Source of the DNA: an uncultured candidate division Zixibacteria bacterium
Lineage (GTDB): Bacteria; Zixibacteria; MSB-5A5; GN15; FEB-12
DNA length: 64,000 nt
Assembly: GCA_963664195.1 (NCBI GenBank)
Contig: OY760907.1
Span: forward strand, 1,344,001 to 1,408,000
Direction: 5' to 3'
Part shown: positions 20,198 to 31,194 of the stretch, piece after piece
Layout of the letters: every line of letters starts with the position of its first letter
Numbering within the stretch: the first letter of the stretch is position 1
Program-made: the position numbers and the translations under genes
The notes under the pieces: model-generated
What the model was told of the DNA's origin: nothing
Seen by the model: the letters and a program-made list of their open reading frames with translations, nothing else
Databases searched by the model: none

Positions 20198-20538
20198 GTC
20201 GCAATACTCCCCATTGGAAGAACCGGGCCGATCGGATACCTACCATCCGTAGCGGACTTCTCCTGCAGAGGCGCGGTTCACAATGTGTTTGAAGGTTGCC
20301 ATCAAAATACATGATTCACGTGGAATGTCAAACACAGAGGGACAAGATCGCGCCGGGTCCTCGAGAGAGTTTCGCTTGACTCAAACAGACTGAGAGTGCT
20401 TCCCGGTCGTGTCCCCCTATAGGCGCTCCCCCATACTGTATCCCGACTGTCCTGCACCTTCCGAAGGTGGCTGAGAGCTAACCCACTGCAAGCCAAGCGG
20501 CTGTGTCGCTGGCATGGGATTTGATTAAGTGGCGGGCA

Positions 20539-21150
20539 ATGAAGACGCAGGATTTCAAGAAGATCACTCAGTTTTGCCGGTATCCGATCGCTACACTGGC
20601 GGTAACGATACTGGTGATTTTCGTTGCGGCGCTGGCCGCTCCAGTGATCGGGCCACGCTCTGAAGCTGTTCCGGGCACCGCCGAGAACAGCTACGATCGC
20701 GAGTCAGTGATCGAGCAACTGGTGATCGATCGTGAGATCTGGCGCGATGCTTCTGCGCACGGTGACGCCGGGGCTTCCGATCTGTACATGGAGAATCTGT
20801 TCGGGCTGATTGATTTCGACATCAGCCAGAGCGAAATCCTGGTACGTGATTTGGCCCGGACCGCAGCGTTGATCCCGCCGGGGGAGATTGAGGAGCACGC
20901 CGGCGACCGTGAGCTGTTCTCACGGTCCCTGTCTCTTCTGAACTGCAAGGAAGCGTTGTGTCTTGCGATGCGAAAATGTCCGGACTTCAACTACCGTTAC
21001 CGACTGCTGGGGGATTACATCAACTTACTCCGCAAGGAACTGCACATGCCGAAATCGGTGCTGGCTTCGCGACAAGAGGGGAAGTCGTCGGGATACACGC
21101 TGAGATCGGAAACCACTTCTGCCAAAAAGCAACACCCCCCCTCCTTTTAG
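20539..21150 (+). CDS. Hypothetical protein with N-terminal membrane anchor or signal peptide
   Basis: 203-aa ORF; sigma54-like TGGCAT-N5-TTGA at 20510-20524. Confidence 0.6.
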   Translation: MKTQDFKKITQFCRYPIATLAVTILVIFVAALAAPVIGPRSEAVPGTAENSYDRESVIEQLVIDREIWRDASAHGDAGASDLYMENLFGLIDFDISQSEILVRDLARTAALIPPGEIEEHAGDRELFSRSLSLLNCKEALCLAMRKCPDFNYRYRLLGDYINLLRKELHMPKSVLASRQEGKSSGYTLRSETTSAKKQHPPSF

Positions 21151-21255
21151 TGTTGGCCCTTGCACGAAGCGCGTACTGCGCCGACGCCGCTGCCCTACCC
21201 CGGACAGCGGCGTTGTTTGTTTGTGGGGCAAATGCAGTGTTTCGCGTCTTCCCCC

Positions 21256-24108
21256 CTACACCATCTCTTTCAAATATCGCCCCGTGTGAGACTTGCTAAT
21301 ACTCGACACGTCTTCCGGCGTGCCGGTCGCGATGATCTTCCCGCCGTAGTCGCCCCCCTCCGGACCGATATCAATTACCCAGTCAGCAGTCTTGATCACA
21401 TCCATGTTGTGCTCAATAACCACCACGGTATTACCCCTGTCCACCAATTCGGAGAGTACGGACAGCAACATCCGAATATCCTCGAAATGCAACCCGGTGG
21501 TCGGTTCGTCCAGAATATACAACGTTCGCCCGGTTGCCATTTTCGACAACTCAGTCGCCAGTTTCACGCGCTGGGCTTCACCGCCGGACAGCGTGGTCGC
21601 CTGCTGTCCCAGATGGATATATCCCAACCCGACATTCATCAGCGTTACCAGCTTGTTCTTGATACGCGGGATATTCTCGAAAAAGGCCAGCGCCTCCTCG
21701 ACCGTCATATCCAGAATATCGGCGATGGATTTCCCCTTAAATGTCACTTCCAGCGTTTCGCGATTGTACCGCTTGCCTTTGCAAACCTCGCATGGGATGT
21801 AGACATCCGGAAGGAAATGCATTTCGATCTTGATAATCCCGTCCCCCTGGCAGGCCTCGCACCGCCCCCCCTTGACATTGAACGAGTACCTTCCCGGCGC
21901 GTACCCGCGTGCTTTCGATTCCGGCAACGAAGAAAACAGCTCGCGCACCGGCGTAAACAGCCCCGTGTAGGTAGCCGGGTTGGATCGCGGCGTGCGACCA
22001 ATCGGCGACTGGTCGATATCAATCACCTTGTCGATATGCTCAAGTCCCTCGATTGATTCATAAGGCAGAGGCGTTTTGCGACTGCGATAGAAATGCCTCG
22101 CGAGAATACGATACAACGTTTCGTTGATCAGGGTCGATTTTCCCGAACCGGACACACCCGTGATTGCCACGAAAGTTCCCAGCGGAATCTCCGCCGTCAC
22201 GTTTCTGAGATTATTGCCGGTTGCGCCTTTGAGCGTGATATGTTTGCCGTTCGGCTCGCGACGCTTTTTCGGTGTCTCAATTTGCCGCTCTCCGGTGAGA
22301 TACTGTCCCGTGATCGATTTGCGATTCTTCTTGATCTGTGCGGGAGTACCGGATGCTACGATCTTTCCCCCATGCACACCGGCTCCCGGACCAAGATCAA
22401 TCACGTAGTCCGCTTTTTCTATGGTCTCACGGTCATGTTCAACGACCAGTACCGTGTTGCCGATCTCTTTCAATTCCGTCAGTGTGTTGAGCAGTTTGCT
22501 GTTGTCGCGCTGGTGGAGTCCAATCGATGGTTCATCCAGGATATACAGTACTCCGACCAATCGCGATCCGATTTGGGTCGCCAGCCGAATGCGCTGTGCC
22601 TCGCCGCCGGACAAAGTTGCCGCAGAACGACTGAGCGTCAAGTAATCAAGGCCGACATCACAAAGGAACCCGAGCCGTTCGCGGACCTCTTTCAATATCT
22701 GCTTGGCGATGGTTTGCTGACGTTTGGTCAGGTTGATGTTCTTGAAGAAAGCATTCGATTTTTTGATCGACATCTCAACAATCGAGTCAATTGTCTCGCG
22801 ATCGAGTATAACCGACAGCGCTTCCGGCCGGAGGCGCGCCCCCTTGCAGGAGGGACATTTCGTGATCGACATGTAGTTCTCGATCCATTGCCGGACACCG
22901 CTTGATTCCGTCTGCTTGTATCGTCGTTCCAGATGCGGAATTACGCCCTCAAACGGTGCCTCGTACACACCCTTGCTTTTGCCTTTGGCCGAAGCGTGCT
23001 CGTACTCCAGTCGGATAGACTCCTTTCCGGAACCGTACAGCAGCACTTGCCGGACCTTCTCGGGGAGCTTCTCAAACGGAGTCGACAGCTTGAAATCGAA
23101 ATGATTTGCCACCCCCTTTACCTGGTAACGATACCAGTTGGCCATGTCGGCACCGCCCCACGGTCTCAGCGCTCCCTCGCTGATCGACAGCGACCAATCC
23201 GGTACGACCAGATCGGGCGAAATTTCCATCCTCTGCCCCAGGCCGTCACATATCTTGCAGGCGCCAAAGGGCGAATTGAACGAAAACAGTCGGGGGGACG
23301 GTTCTTCATAGCTGATATTGCAGTTGAGGCAGGCGAACTGCTCCGAAAAGAGCAAATCCTGACTCTTGATATTCACAATCACCGTGCCGTTGGACATCCG
23401 AAGCGCCGTCTCCACCGAGTCAGCCAGCCGCCGTTTCGATTTTGGCTTTACCACCAGGCGGTCTACCACCGCCTCGATACTGTGCTTCTTCTTCTTATCC
23501 AGAGCGACTTCCGAATCGGACTCGACAATCTCACCGTCGATTCGAAGCCTCACGAATCCCTCGCGGATAACCTCTTCGATTATCTCCCGGTGCTCACCCT
23601 TCTTGCCACGCACCAGCGGCGCGAGGACCATCAGACGGGTCCCCTCCTCAAAACTCAATACCGAATCAACGATCTGCTCGACCGTCTGCTGGGTGATAGG
23701 CTGTCCGCATTCGGTACAGTGCGGGACACCAACTCGTGCGAACAGCAGTCTCAGGTAGTCATATATCTCGGTGATAGTACCGACCGTGGAGCGAGGATTC
23801 TTGGGCGTACCCTTCTGTTCGATAGAAATTGCGGGAGACAATCCCTCGATGAAGTCAACATCCGGCTTTTCCATCAGTCCGAGGAACTGGCGAGCATACG
23901 CCGACAACGACTCGACATATCGCCTCTGTCCCTCCGCGTAGATCGTATCGAACGCCAGAGAGCTTTTGCCGGATCCGGACAGACCGGTAATCACGGTCAG
24001 AGTATTCCTCGGTATCTCCACGTCGATATTGCGAAGATTGTGTTCTCTGGCCCCTTTAACGAGGAGTATTTCTTGATTCCGCTTGTTTCTGCTGCCGTTC
24101 TTGCTCAT
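21256..24108 (-). CDS. uvrA: Excinuclease ABC subunit A
   Basis: GAREHNL, two GxSGSGKS Walker A motifs, LSGGEAQR twice, zinc fingers. Confidence 0.98.
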   Translation of the reverse strand: MSKNGSRNKRNQEILLVKGAREHNLRNIDVEIPRNTLTVITGLSGSGKSSLAFDTIYAEGQRRYVESLSAYARQFLGLMEKPDVDFIEGLSPAISIEQKGTPKNPRSTVGTITEIYDYLRLLFARVGVPHCTECGQPITQQTVEQIVDSVLSFEEGTRLMVLAPLVRGKKGEHREIIEEVIREGFVRLRIDGEIVESDSEVALDKKKKHSIEAVVDRLVVKPKSKRRLADSVETALRMSNGTVIVNIKSQDLLFSEQFACLNCNISYEEPSPRLFSFNSPFGACKICDGLGQRMEISPDLVVPDWSLSISEGALRPWGGADMANWYRYQVKGVANHFDFKLSTPFEKLPEKVRQVLLYGSGKESIRLEYEHASAKGKSKGVYEAPFEGVIPHLERRYKQTESSGVRQWIENYMSITKCPSCKGARLRPEALSVILDRETIDSIVEMSIKKSNAFFKNINLTKRQQTIAKQILKEVRERLGFLCDVGLDYLTLSRSAATLSGGEAQRIRLATQIGSRLVGVLYILDEPSIGLHQRDNSKLLNTLTELKEIGNTVLVVEHDRETIEKADYVIDLGPGAGVHGGKIVASGTPAQIKKNRKSITGQYLTGERQIETPKKRREPNGKHITLKGATGNNLRNVTAEIPLGTFVAITGVSGSGKSTLINETLYRILARHFYRSRKTPLPYESIEGLEHIDKVIDIDQSPIGRTPRSNPATYTGLFTPVRELFSSLPESKARGYAPGRYSFNVKGGRCEACQGDGIIKIEMHFLPDVYIPCEVCKGKRYNRETLEVTFKGKSIADILDMTVEEALAFFENIPRIKNKLVTLMNVGLGYIHLGQQATTLSGGEAQRVKLATELSKMATGRTLYILDEPTTGLHFEDIRMLLSVLSELVDRGNTVVVIEHNMDVIKTADWVIDIGPEGGDYGGKIIATGTPEDVSSISKSHTGRYLKEMV

Positions 24109-24205
24109 GACTTCCTCAAACTGCAAGCAACAAATATAAGTTCCGTTGCGCCCAAGTGAAAGGGGAAAACCGATCCTGCAGAATCACATTCTGCCGCGGG
24201 TAGCC

Positions 24206-24232
24206 CATATTGGACTCGACGGGTCCAATATG
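24206..24232. promoter_or_regulatory. Perfect 10-bp inverted repeat between divergent genes
   Basis: CATATTGGAC-N7-GTCCAATATG. Confidence 0.5.
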
Positions 24233-24300
24233 TCATTTTGTTGATATCTCAGACCGAAAGCAGTTGACAAGCGGCTTCTCTGTTATACATTTATTGGATT

Positions 24301-24903
24301 ATGGCAGACCCGCAACAGGAATTCTTTGATAAGCTGGCCGAGGAGTGGGATCTCTCTTTCACTGCTGAGGATCTCGAACGCCTCTCTCACCTGGTAGACA
24401 CCCTCGGTGTCACCTCGGGAATGGACATTCTCGACCTCGGTTGCGGCACCGGCGTGTTGTTCGATTTGCTTCGGCGCAAGGTCGGGCCGGGCGGTTCCGT
24501 CACTGGTGTGGATTTCTCCCCTGAAATGACCCGTGTAGCGCATCGGAACTTTCCCTTTGATAATGTGAATGTGGTCGAGGCAGATGCGTGTCATTTGCCT
24601 TTTGTTGATTCCGCCTTTGACATGGCCGTCTCGTTTGCCGCTTTCGCGCACTTCTCCGATAAGCGGCAGTGTCTGGCGGAGGTTGATCGGGTCCTGGGGC
24701 CTGAGGCCAGGCTGTTCATTATTCACCTCCAGTCATCCCGTGACCTGGCCAGGCAGCACGAGAGGATCGGCGGCCCGATTGCAAACGATCGCCTGCCGGA
24801 TGAACAGGAGCTTCGAAGTATGTTCGAGGCGAGTCATTTCGGCGATGTTCATATCGAAGATCATCCGGGGCTGTACCTGGCATCAGCGGTGAACAAAAAG
24901 TGA
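24301..24903 (+). CDS. Class I SAM-dependent methyltransferase (UbiE-like)
   Basis: ILDLGCGTG, GVDFS, EADACHLPF. Confidence 0.85.
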   Translation: MADPQQEFFDKLAEEWDLSFTAEDLERLSHLVDTLGVTSGMDILDLGCGTGVLFDLLRRKVGPGGSVTGVDFSPEMTRVAHRNFPFDNVNVVEADACHLPFVDSAFDMAVSFAAFAHFSDKRQCLAEVDRVLGPEARLFIIHLQSSRDLARQHERIGGPIANDRLPDEQELRSMFEASHFGDVHIEDHPGLYLASAVNKK

Positions 24904-25439
24904 GCCGCTTCGGATCTGTCCGGAAGAAACTCAATCGCACACAATGGATCACGTACACCGGCCTCTTTCTGGCGCTGGGGCTTGTTCTGCCTATCGGGTT
25001 CCATGCTTTTGGCGTGGGAGGACGAGTCTTCCTGCCGATGCACATACCGGTCCTACTCGCCGGATTCCTCGTCGGACCGGTCTCCGGCCTCCTCGTGGGG
25101 ATTTTGGCCCCCGCTCTGTCGCATCTGGTTTCCGGTATGCCCCCCTCGTATGCCGTTCCGCTGATGTCTCTGGAATTGCCGATCTACGGCCTTGTGGCCG
25201 GGCTGGCCTATTTTCGACTCAAGATGAATATCTATGTGGCGTTGATTATCTCTATGATAATCGGGCGACTCATGTTCGGTCTGGGGTTGTTAGTCCTGGG
25301 TCTGTTCATGGAGTTGCCTTACACGGCCGCGTTTTTCTTTTCAGCCGGCGGCCCGCTGGTCTCCGGTTTGCCCGGCGTTGCGGTGCAGCTATTTCTTGTC
25401 CCGCTGGTAGTCTCTGCGATCAAGCGACGCCCTTCTTGA
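24900..25439 (+). CDS. ECF transporter S component
   Basis: LPMHIPVLLAGFLVGP motif, about 6 TMs; coupled to upstream gene. Confidence 0.8.
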   Translation: MSRFGSVRKKLNRTQWITYTGLFLALGLVLPIGFHAFGVGGRVFLPMHIPVLLAGFLVGPVSGLLVGILAPALSHLVSGMPPSYAVPLMSLELPIYGLVAGLAYFRLKMNIYVALIISMIIGRLMFGLGLLVLGLFMELPYTAAFFFSAGGPLVSGLPGVAVQLFLVPLVVSAIKRRPS

Positions 25440-25524
25440 GTCACAAACAAGTCAAGCGCCAGGGAAGTCGGTCCTTCGATTTCACACCTGGCGCTCAACC
25501 TCCCTGTGAGCTTCTGCTCTCTTG

Positions 25525-26187
25525 CTACAACAGCAGGCCGATACTGAACCTCATGTCCGGGCCGCTATAGTTGTCCTTGCCGAGAATCGGACGGTCGAAA
25601 TCCGACATGAAATTGTACCCGGCATCAACACCCATCATAAACGACCTTCCCAACTGAATGTCTACTCCGCCGCCGAGACGTCCGCCAAACCTGTGCATGC
25701 TATGGGTCTCCTCGTACCGTTCGCACTCGCACGGGCTTTCTTCCTCGTACGTCCAGGTGCCTATGTATGATCCGATTGAAGCCGCCAGGTAAGGCCGCCA
25801 GACAGGATGACGCTCGCGCTGCGGGAAGTAACTTCGCACACCGAATTGAACCGAGTGTACGAACTCAAGGTCTTCGATTCGCCAGTCGTCGACATCGTAC
25901 CAGTGCTCTTCTTCCATATCCAGAAGGGACCATGACGCCGTCAGGGCGACATTGCTCTGCACCCAATGACTGACCCCTATCGAAACAACTGCCCCGTCCA
26001 TATCGGTGTTGCGTTCCCAGAAATCCTGACCGTTGAAATAGATATCGTGCTGATCGTCCTCAAGCGAGAACCCGACGCCCAGCTCCACGAGGGTCTTTCC
26101 CCTGAGGCCGCGGGCGTGGGCTACGGTGGCAACAGCGAGAATCATTACTGCTGCCAGAGTCATAAGTTGCATGTAGCGTGTTTTCAT
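25525..26187 (-). CDS. Outer-membrane beta-barrel protein
   Basis: Signal peptide MKTRYMQLMTLAAVMILAVATVAHA, RPYLAASIG, GGVDIQL strands. Confidence 0.75.
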   Translation of the reverse strand: MKTRYMQLMTLAAVMILAVATVAHARGLRGKTLVELGVGFSLEDDQHDIYFNGQDFWERNTDMDGAVVSIGVSHWVQSNVALTASWSLLDMEEEHWYDVDDWRIEDLEFVHSVQFGVRSYFPQRERHPVWRPYLAASIGSYIGTWTYEEESPCECERYEETHSMHRFGGRLGGGVDIQLGRSFMMGVDAGYNFMSDFDRPILGKDNYSGPDMRFSIGLLL

Positions 26188-26228
26188 TTCTCTCACTCCT
26201 GTGTTTGTTGTGTCTGGCAAGACAGTAG

Positions 26229-26338
26229 ACAAGCCGCGTGCCAAGACCGATAAGTCGTTGTTGAAGTGTTTGTTATGACGAAACGTCGGTTTTTCTGATG
26301 CGACCACACGCACAATTATCGTGCACTGTGATTGTGCA
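26229..26338 (-). promoter_or_regulatory. Sigma54-like promoter with tandem NtrC-type enhancer boxes
   Basis: Minus strand TTGGCAC-GCGGC-TTGT (26229-26244); GCAC-N7-GTGC (26310-26324) and TGCAC-N7-GTGCA (26322-26338). Confidence 0.5.
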
Positions 26339-26433
26339 CGGTGAAGAATTGTGCCACAGCTATTTGTGCCGCCGACGTGGCCCGTCAGTTTTCTATGTGG
26401 CCATTTTCACGCCACCACCGTACATTCAATCAA

Positions 26434-27564
26434 ATGATAGAAGACTACGCCACACCGACCAGAGAAAAGGCCATCCTCATCGGTCTTGTCTCGGACTCCC
26501 GACAGAAAAGCGAACAAATGGAATCGCTGGATGAGCTGGCCCGGCTGGCTACAACGGCCGGGGCCGAGGTCTTGGACCGCCGCCTTCAGGTGCGTCGCAA
26601 ACCAAGCCCCAAGTTCTATATTGGCAGCGGTCTGGTTGAGGAACTTAAAGAACAACTCGCCGAAACCGGCGGCAACTGTGTCATATTCGATGACATCCTC
26701 AGTCCCGCCCAGCAACGAAATCTGGAAACGGCGCTTGAGGCCAAAGTCATCGACCGCCCGATTCTCATTCTGGACATTTTCGCCACCGGCGCACGAACGT
26801 CCGGATCGCGACTCCAGGTCGAACTCGCCCAGCTTGAGTACACCCTTCCCCGCCTCACCGGCGCCTGGGTTCACTTCTCCCGACAGTACGGCGGCATAGG
26901 GGCCAAGGGACCAGGTGAAACGCAGCTTGAAATCGACCGTCGCCAGATTCGGACCAAAATCAGTAACCTGAAAAAACGTTTGGCCAAACTGGACACCCAG
27001 CGAAGGACCCAGCGCAAAGCCCGCAGTGAGCTTTTCAAGGTGACCCTGGTCGGATACACCAACGCCGGCAAATCAACGCTTTTCAATCTTCTGACAAAGT
27101 CTGACATTGAAGTGGCCGACAAACTGTTCACCACCCTTGATTCCACCACCCGCATTATGTCAGTCGGCTACCCGCAGAAGGTGGTTTTTTCCGATACCGT
27201 GGGTTTCATTAAGAAACTTCCGCACCAGTTGGTGGAGTCATTCAAGTCGACTCTGGAGGAAGTCTCCCGCGCACAGCTTCTTCTGCATGTGGTAGATTGT
27301 TCAGACCCCAAGCTTGAAGAGCATATTGAACAGACCCGCCAGGTACTGGCTGAGATCGCCGCCGACAAGGTGCCGTATGTTATGGTGTACAATAAGTTGG
27401 ACTCCTTCCCGGATTTTGTGACGCCTGCTGATGACCGTTGTCCGAAGTTCCAAATCTCGGCGCTCAAGAAAACCGGCCTGCCCGGACTGAAGGCGGAGAT
27501 CATTGCTCGGGCGGAAAGATTCCACGGCGCTCAATCCGGCCAAAAATCTGCTAACCTCGAATAG
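26434..27564 (+). CDS. hflX: GTPase HflX
   Basis: GPGETQLEIDRR, GYTNAGKST, LFTTLD, DTVGF, NKLD. Confidence 0.95.
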   Translation: MIEDYATPTREKAILIGLVSDSRQKSEQMESLDELARLATTAGAEVLDRRLQVRRKPSPKFYIGSGLVEELKEQLAETGGNCVIFDDILSPAQQRNLETALEAKVIDRPILILDIFATGARTSGSRLQVELAQLEYTLPRLTGAWVHFSRQYGGIGAKGPGETQLEIDRRQIRTKISNLKKRLAKLDTQRRTQRKARSELFKVTLVGYTNAGKSTLFNLLTKSDIEVADKLFTTLDSTTRIMSVGYPQKVVFSDTVGFIKKLPHQLVESFKSTLEEVSRAQLLLHVVDCSDPKLEEHIEQTRQVLAEIAADKVPYVMVYNKLDSFPDFVTPADDRCPKFQISALKKTGLPGLKAEIIARAERFHGAQSGQKSANLE

Positions 27565-27578
27565 CTTTCTGCCGATAC
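27552..27578 (+). promoter_or_regulatory. Sigma28-like promoter
   Basis: TAAC-N15-GCCGATAC upstream of the receiver gene. Confidence 0.45.
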
Positions 27579-27600
27579 AATCCCTTAACGGGTATAAACT

Positions 27601-27957
27601 ATGGCAAAACAAATTCTCATCGTCGACGACAACCCTAATATGTCCTCACTACTGGCAGAAATGCTGGAAGTGTTCGACTACACCTCAGTGCGAGCCGGCG
27701 ACGGTCACCAGGCGCTGAGTGAATTGGAAACCGGTGACTTCTCAATGATTATCACCGATATGCGGATGCCGAATATGACGGGCCTCGAACTTCTCAAGGA
27801 AGTCAAGTCTCGCTATCCCAAAATACCGGTGGTGCTTATCTCCGGGTATAGTGCGGGTGAAATTGCATCGCAGGCGGAAATGCTCAATGCCGACGGTTTT
27901 CTGGGCAAACCGCTGATGATGTCCGATATCGAAAGACTGCTGTCGGAACTTCTGTAA
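27601..27957 (+). CDS. Single-domain response regulator (CheY-like receiver)
   Basis: ILIVDD, ITDMRMPNMTG, LGKP. Confidence 0.9.
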   Translation: MAKQILIVDDNPNMSSLLAEMLEVFDYTSVRAGDGHQALSELETGDFSMIITDMRMPNMTGLELLKEVKSRYPKIPVVLISGYSAGEIASQAEMLNADGFLGKPLMMSDIERLLSELL

Positions 27958-28099
27958 CCGACGGCTCTTTGTTTCCTAAGACAAATCACTGACAAACAAG
28001 TTGCGCTCGATAAGGGCGGTTTGAGCTATGTAGTTCGCCGGCATGGGTGCCACGCTCAAGGCTTCCTTGTGAGTGTTGTGACTGTACCAGAGGTCCGGA

Positions 28100-28816
28100 C
28101 TAATCCGCCACCACCCTGAACCGCAGCGTATCCGACCAGACCTCGCCGATCCATTCGTTCGGAATAGTGCTGTCGCAGATGTAGCTCCTGTACCCCAGCC
28201 GCAACCAGTACGTGCCGGGGGAGAAACGGGCGATTCTCGCTGTTCCCATCACGTCAATCGGTTTTGGGATTACAAGTACATCGCCTGCCCCTACCGCCGC
28301 GAAGTATCTCTCCGCGTAAATGCCGGTGAATGGGGCACGGACACCACAAATGGTGAAGTTCTGGCTGATCTCGTACTCAGCCTCTCCGATTCCCTCGATT
28401 TCCAGGAGTAGAACGGTCTCCCCATTGAATCCAAGATGCGTTGCCGCCGCCTCGCAGTAGGGACCCGGCAACTGAAGTGTATTCGGTGATGTGTTTTGAA
28501 CGGCTGCGATAAGGATTGGTACGGACACGACTGTGTCTCCGCTTAGGACAACTTCCCCTCCCACCTTACAGGTGTCGCCTTCCGGTGGCCAAGCGGAGCG
28601 TAGACATTCTGCGTACGCACATTCAGATTCAGAAAAGATGGTATCGTTTAATTGAACAATGAGCTTCAACGGTTCCGATGAAACGGAATCCGGGTAGCAC
28701 TCACTCCTATACTCCCACGGGTACGGTCCGCCTTTCGTCAGCAGCGAACACCCCGTCGCCATCCACGCCAGAAGGCACACGAGAAGACAAGCGAGAAACG
28801 TGTTGCGAGCGGTCAT
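28100..28816 (-). CDS. Hypothetical lipoprotein
   Basis: Lipobox ATGC after hydrophobic stretch; GGAGG RBS. Confidence 0.65.
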   Translation of the reverse strand: MTARNTFLACLLVCLLAWMATGCSLLTKGGPYPWEYRSECYPDSVSSEPLKLIVQLNDTIFSESECAYAECLRSAWPPEGDTCKVGGEVVLSGDTVVSVPILIAAVQNTSPNTLQLPGPYCEAAATHLGFNGETVLLLEIEGIGEAEYEISQNFTICGVRAPFTGIYAERYFAAVGAGDVLVIPKPIDVMGTARIARFSPGTYWLRLGYRSYICDSTIPNEWIGEVWSDTLRFRVVAD

Positions 28817-28954
28817 ATCGGGTTATCCTCCCCATTGAAGATCGTTGTTGGCGGCTGAAGCGCCAGGGGTGGAACCCTGGCGCTCACATGTGATCATAGT
28901 GCTTCCATACAACGCGAAGCGGGCCGAGCCATGAATGGCAACCCCACGAGTGGG

Positions 28955-31162
28955 CTACTTCTTATCCACATCATCCTTCGACAACACGCTCGCGAACTCG
29001 TTGAAGATCATCTCTTTCGGCTCTGTCTGAAGCGGCCCGATCTCAAACGTGTCGCTCAATCCTTCAATCATCTCACGATGATAAGTCGAATTGCCCTCGG
29101 TATCCTCCACACGGATCACCACCGGCATCTTGAAACTGGACTCGACCTTTTTGGTCGTTACGTTGGCTGTCAGATAGTGTCCGTCGGCCCGTTTCTCCAT
29201 CGTGTATTCGACTTTGTACTCCGGGATGTTGCGTCCGTAGATCCAATGTGCCCAGAACCAGTCCAGCGGCGCACCGTAATGCTTCTCCGCCAGCTTCATC
29301 AGACTCTCGTTGGTGTACTGCCCCATATTAGCGCGTATTTTCAGCTCATTCAGGAACTGATAGAACTTCGCCTCGTTGTGCGTTTCCAGATCGTACATCA
29401 TGTACCGCAGCATGTGGATCACCCACGAACCCTTCATGCGGCGATTCAATGCCGGGACTCTCCGTCCGGCCGCCAGCGGCCAATCCTCGTCGTTTTCGAC
29501 GAGCGTATAAACCTCGTTGCGGCGCCTCAGCAGCTCGCCGAAGAACACCGAGGGGCTTACGGCCGAGGATACGTTCATGAGCGAGAGGTAATCCGGAACC
29601 GCGTCGGAGAGCCAGTACTCACGGTCGGTTTGCGGTCTCATCAGCGAGCCGAACCACTGGAATGCCGCCATCCAGGCTGCATCCATCGGAAGTCCCCCGG
29701 TGCCGTCCTGATAACACTCCACCTGTGAAACGCCCATTAGTCCCGGCATCGTCTTCCCGAACTCCGGATATATCGTCATACTGAACGTTCCCACCGGCGG
29801 ACCCAGTTTCGAGCAGAGAAAATCAAACGCCCCGGTGACCGTTGTACGGTAGTACTCATCCGGGATGAAACAGTTCTGGCGCCCTTTGCTCTGGTGTTGT
29901 GACTTAAGGAAGTTCAGCGTCATGCCTACTTCCGACACCACTGGAATCGTCTCAAAACCGCCCGCATACTGGTGGAACTGCCATTTGCGATACGGCTGCG
30001 AGGGCGCGACGGTGAATTTCTCGCGTTTGCCGTTCTCCGATTCCTCCGCCACCATGTCCGGCATCAGGTAGGTGTACCCCTTCGGAATATCAAACGTCAG
30101 CTTGTGCGGGGAGGGTTTCGGATTCTCCACAAACGGCAGGGCCGGGTTGTAATCCTTGCCGTGGTAAAAAAGACGGAGCGTAATCGTGTCCCCTTTGTAC
30201 CGGTACTCCGGAAGAATCACACCGAGGAAAGCAAACGTCCTCCGGCGCCAGTAATCCACCGGGACACCGTCGCAATACAGCGAATCCAGCTTCAGGTTAT
30301 GGTGGAGATACAGATTCATGAATTTGAGGCTGTCCACATCAATCTGGATATTGACCTCAATATCAGCCGCCTCAATCACCTGACCGTCGAGTCCGGTCAT
30401 CGTGAGATTGCCCTCACGCGAGAGAATGGTCGTCGGGTACTGAATATCGGACATCCGAAGATCATCGTAGACGCCCTTCTCCCGGCGTTGCATCACGGCA
30501 CCGTTGGTGCAAACCTGATCGCCGCCCTCGTGCTCGTAACCAACTATGACTTCTTCCGGTCGATTCGGGTCGAACGTGAACGTGTAGCGATTGAAATCGA
30601 TCCAGAAATAGCCGTCTTCAGCACGCTCATAGAGCGACCGCAGGAGCTGGAAGTAGTTGTCGTACTCGTGCATCACAACAGGTTTGAAGAAGAACTCTCC
30701 CTGCTGTGATTTTCGGAAATCTCCCCACGGAAGATGTGTCTGTTCAAACGTGAACTGCTCTCTCAGGCGAAGGTCGAAATCGTCTGAGAAATTGATCATC
30801 ACCGTTTCGAACGTCTCGTCCACAGTCGAGTCACCCGCCGCATACCAGAGCGACTGCCGTTCTGTGTGACTCGGTATGTCTATCGTGGCATGGCCGGTAC
30901 CGAGGAAAATCGCTGTCGTCGGGCGACCCTCTACCTCTCGAAGCAGGTACATCTTGCCCTCGGTGAACGTGAATGTTGCGACATCCTTGACATACACGAA
31001 ATTGCTGATCTCAGCGATTTCAGCAGGCGGCTTGGTGGCCAACTCCGACCCCATCAACTCGTAACTGTTTTCAAATGCTTTGAAGAACTCCGTTTCAGAT
31101 TGTCCGAGCGGAGCCAGCATCAAGACGATGACAGCGACTGCCAGTACCAGTTTGGAAATCAT
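28955..31162 (-). CDS. Secreted M1 aminopeptidase-like protein lacking HExxH
   Basis: QWFG..YWLSD..KGSWVIHMLR..LDWFWAHWIYG matches the M1 scaffold; zinc motif reads WMAAF. Confidence 0.7.
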   Translation of the reverse strand: MISKLVLAVAVIVLMLAPLGQSETEFFKAFENSYELMGSELATKPPAEIAEISNFVYVKDVATFTFTEGKMYLLREVEGRPTTAIFLGTGHATIDIPSHTERQSLWYAAGDSTVDETFETVMINFSDDFDLRLREQFTFEQTHLPWGDFRKSQQGEFFFKPVVMHEYDNYFQLLRSLYERAEDGYFWIDFNRYTFTFDPNRPEEVIVGYEHEGGDQVCTNGAVMQRREKGVYDDLRMSDIQYPTTILSREGNLTMTGLDGQVIEAADIEVNIQIDVDSLKFMNLYLHHNLKLDSLYCDGVPVDYWRRRTFAFLGVILPEYRYKGDTITLRLFYHGKDYNPALPFVENPKPSPHKLTFDIPKGYTYLMPDMVAEESENGKREKFTVAPSQPYRKWQFHQYAGGFETIPVVSEVGMTLNFLKSQHQSKGRQNCFIPDEYYRTTVTGAFDFLCSKLGPPVGTFSMTIYPEFGKTMPGLMGVSQVECYQDGTGGLPMDAAWMAAFQWFGSLMRPQTDREYWLSDAVPDYLSLMNVSSAVSPSVFFGELLRRRNEVYTLVENDEDWPLAAGRRVPALNRRMKGSWVIHMLRYMMYDLETHNEAKFYQFLNELKIRANMGQYTNESLMKLAEKHYGAPLDWFWAHWIYGRNIPEYKVEYTMEKRADGHYLTANVTTKKVESSFKMPVVIRVEDTEGNSTYHREMIEGLSDTFEIGPLQTEPKEMIFNEFASVLSKDDVDKK

Positions 31163-31194
31163 GCGTACAATCCCTTTCCTATCCTTTTGTAGCC

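Noticed and set aside
21160..24159. Long plus-strand ORFs (298, 270 and 408 aa)
   Set aside because: Antisense to uvrA; expected codon-bias shadows in GC-rich DNA
28962..28970. Perfect DnaA box TTATCCACA
   Set aside because: Isolated and inside a coding region
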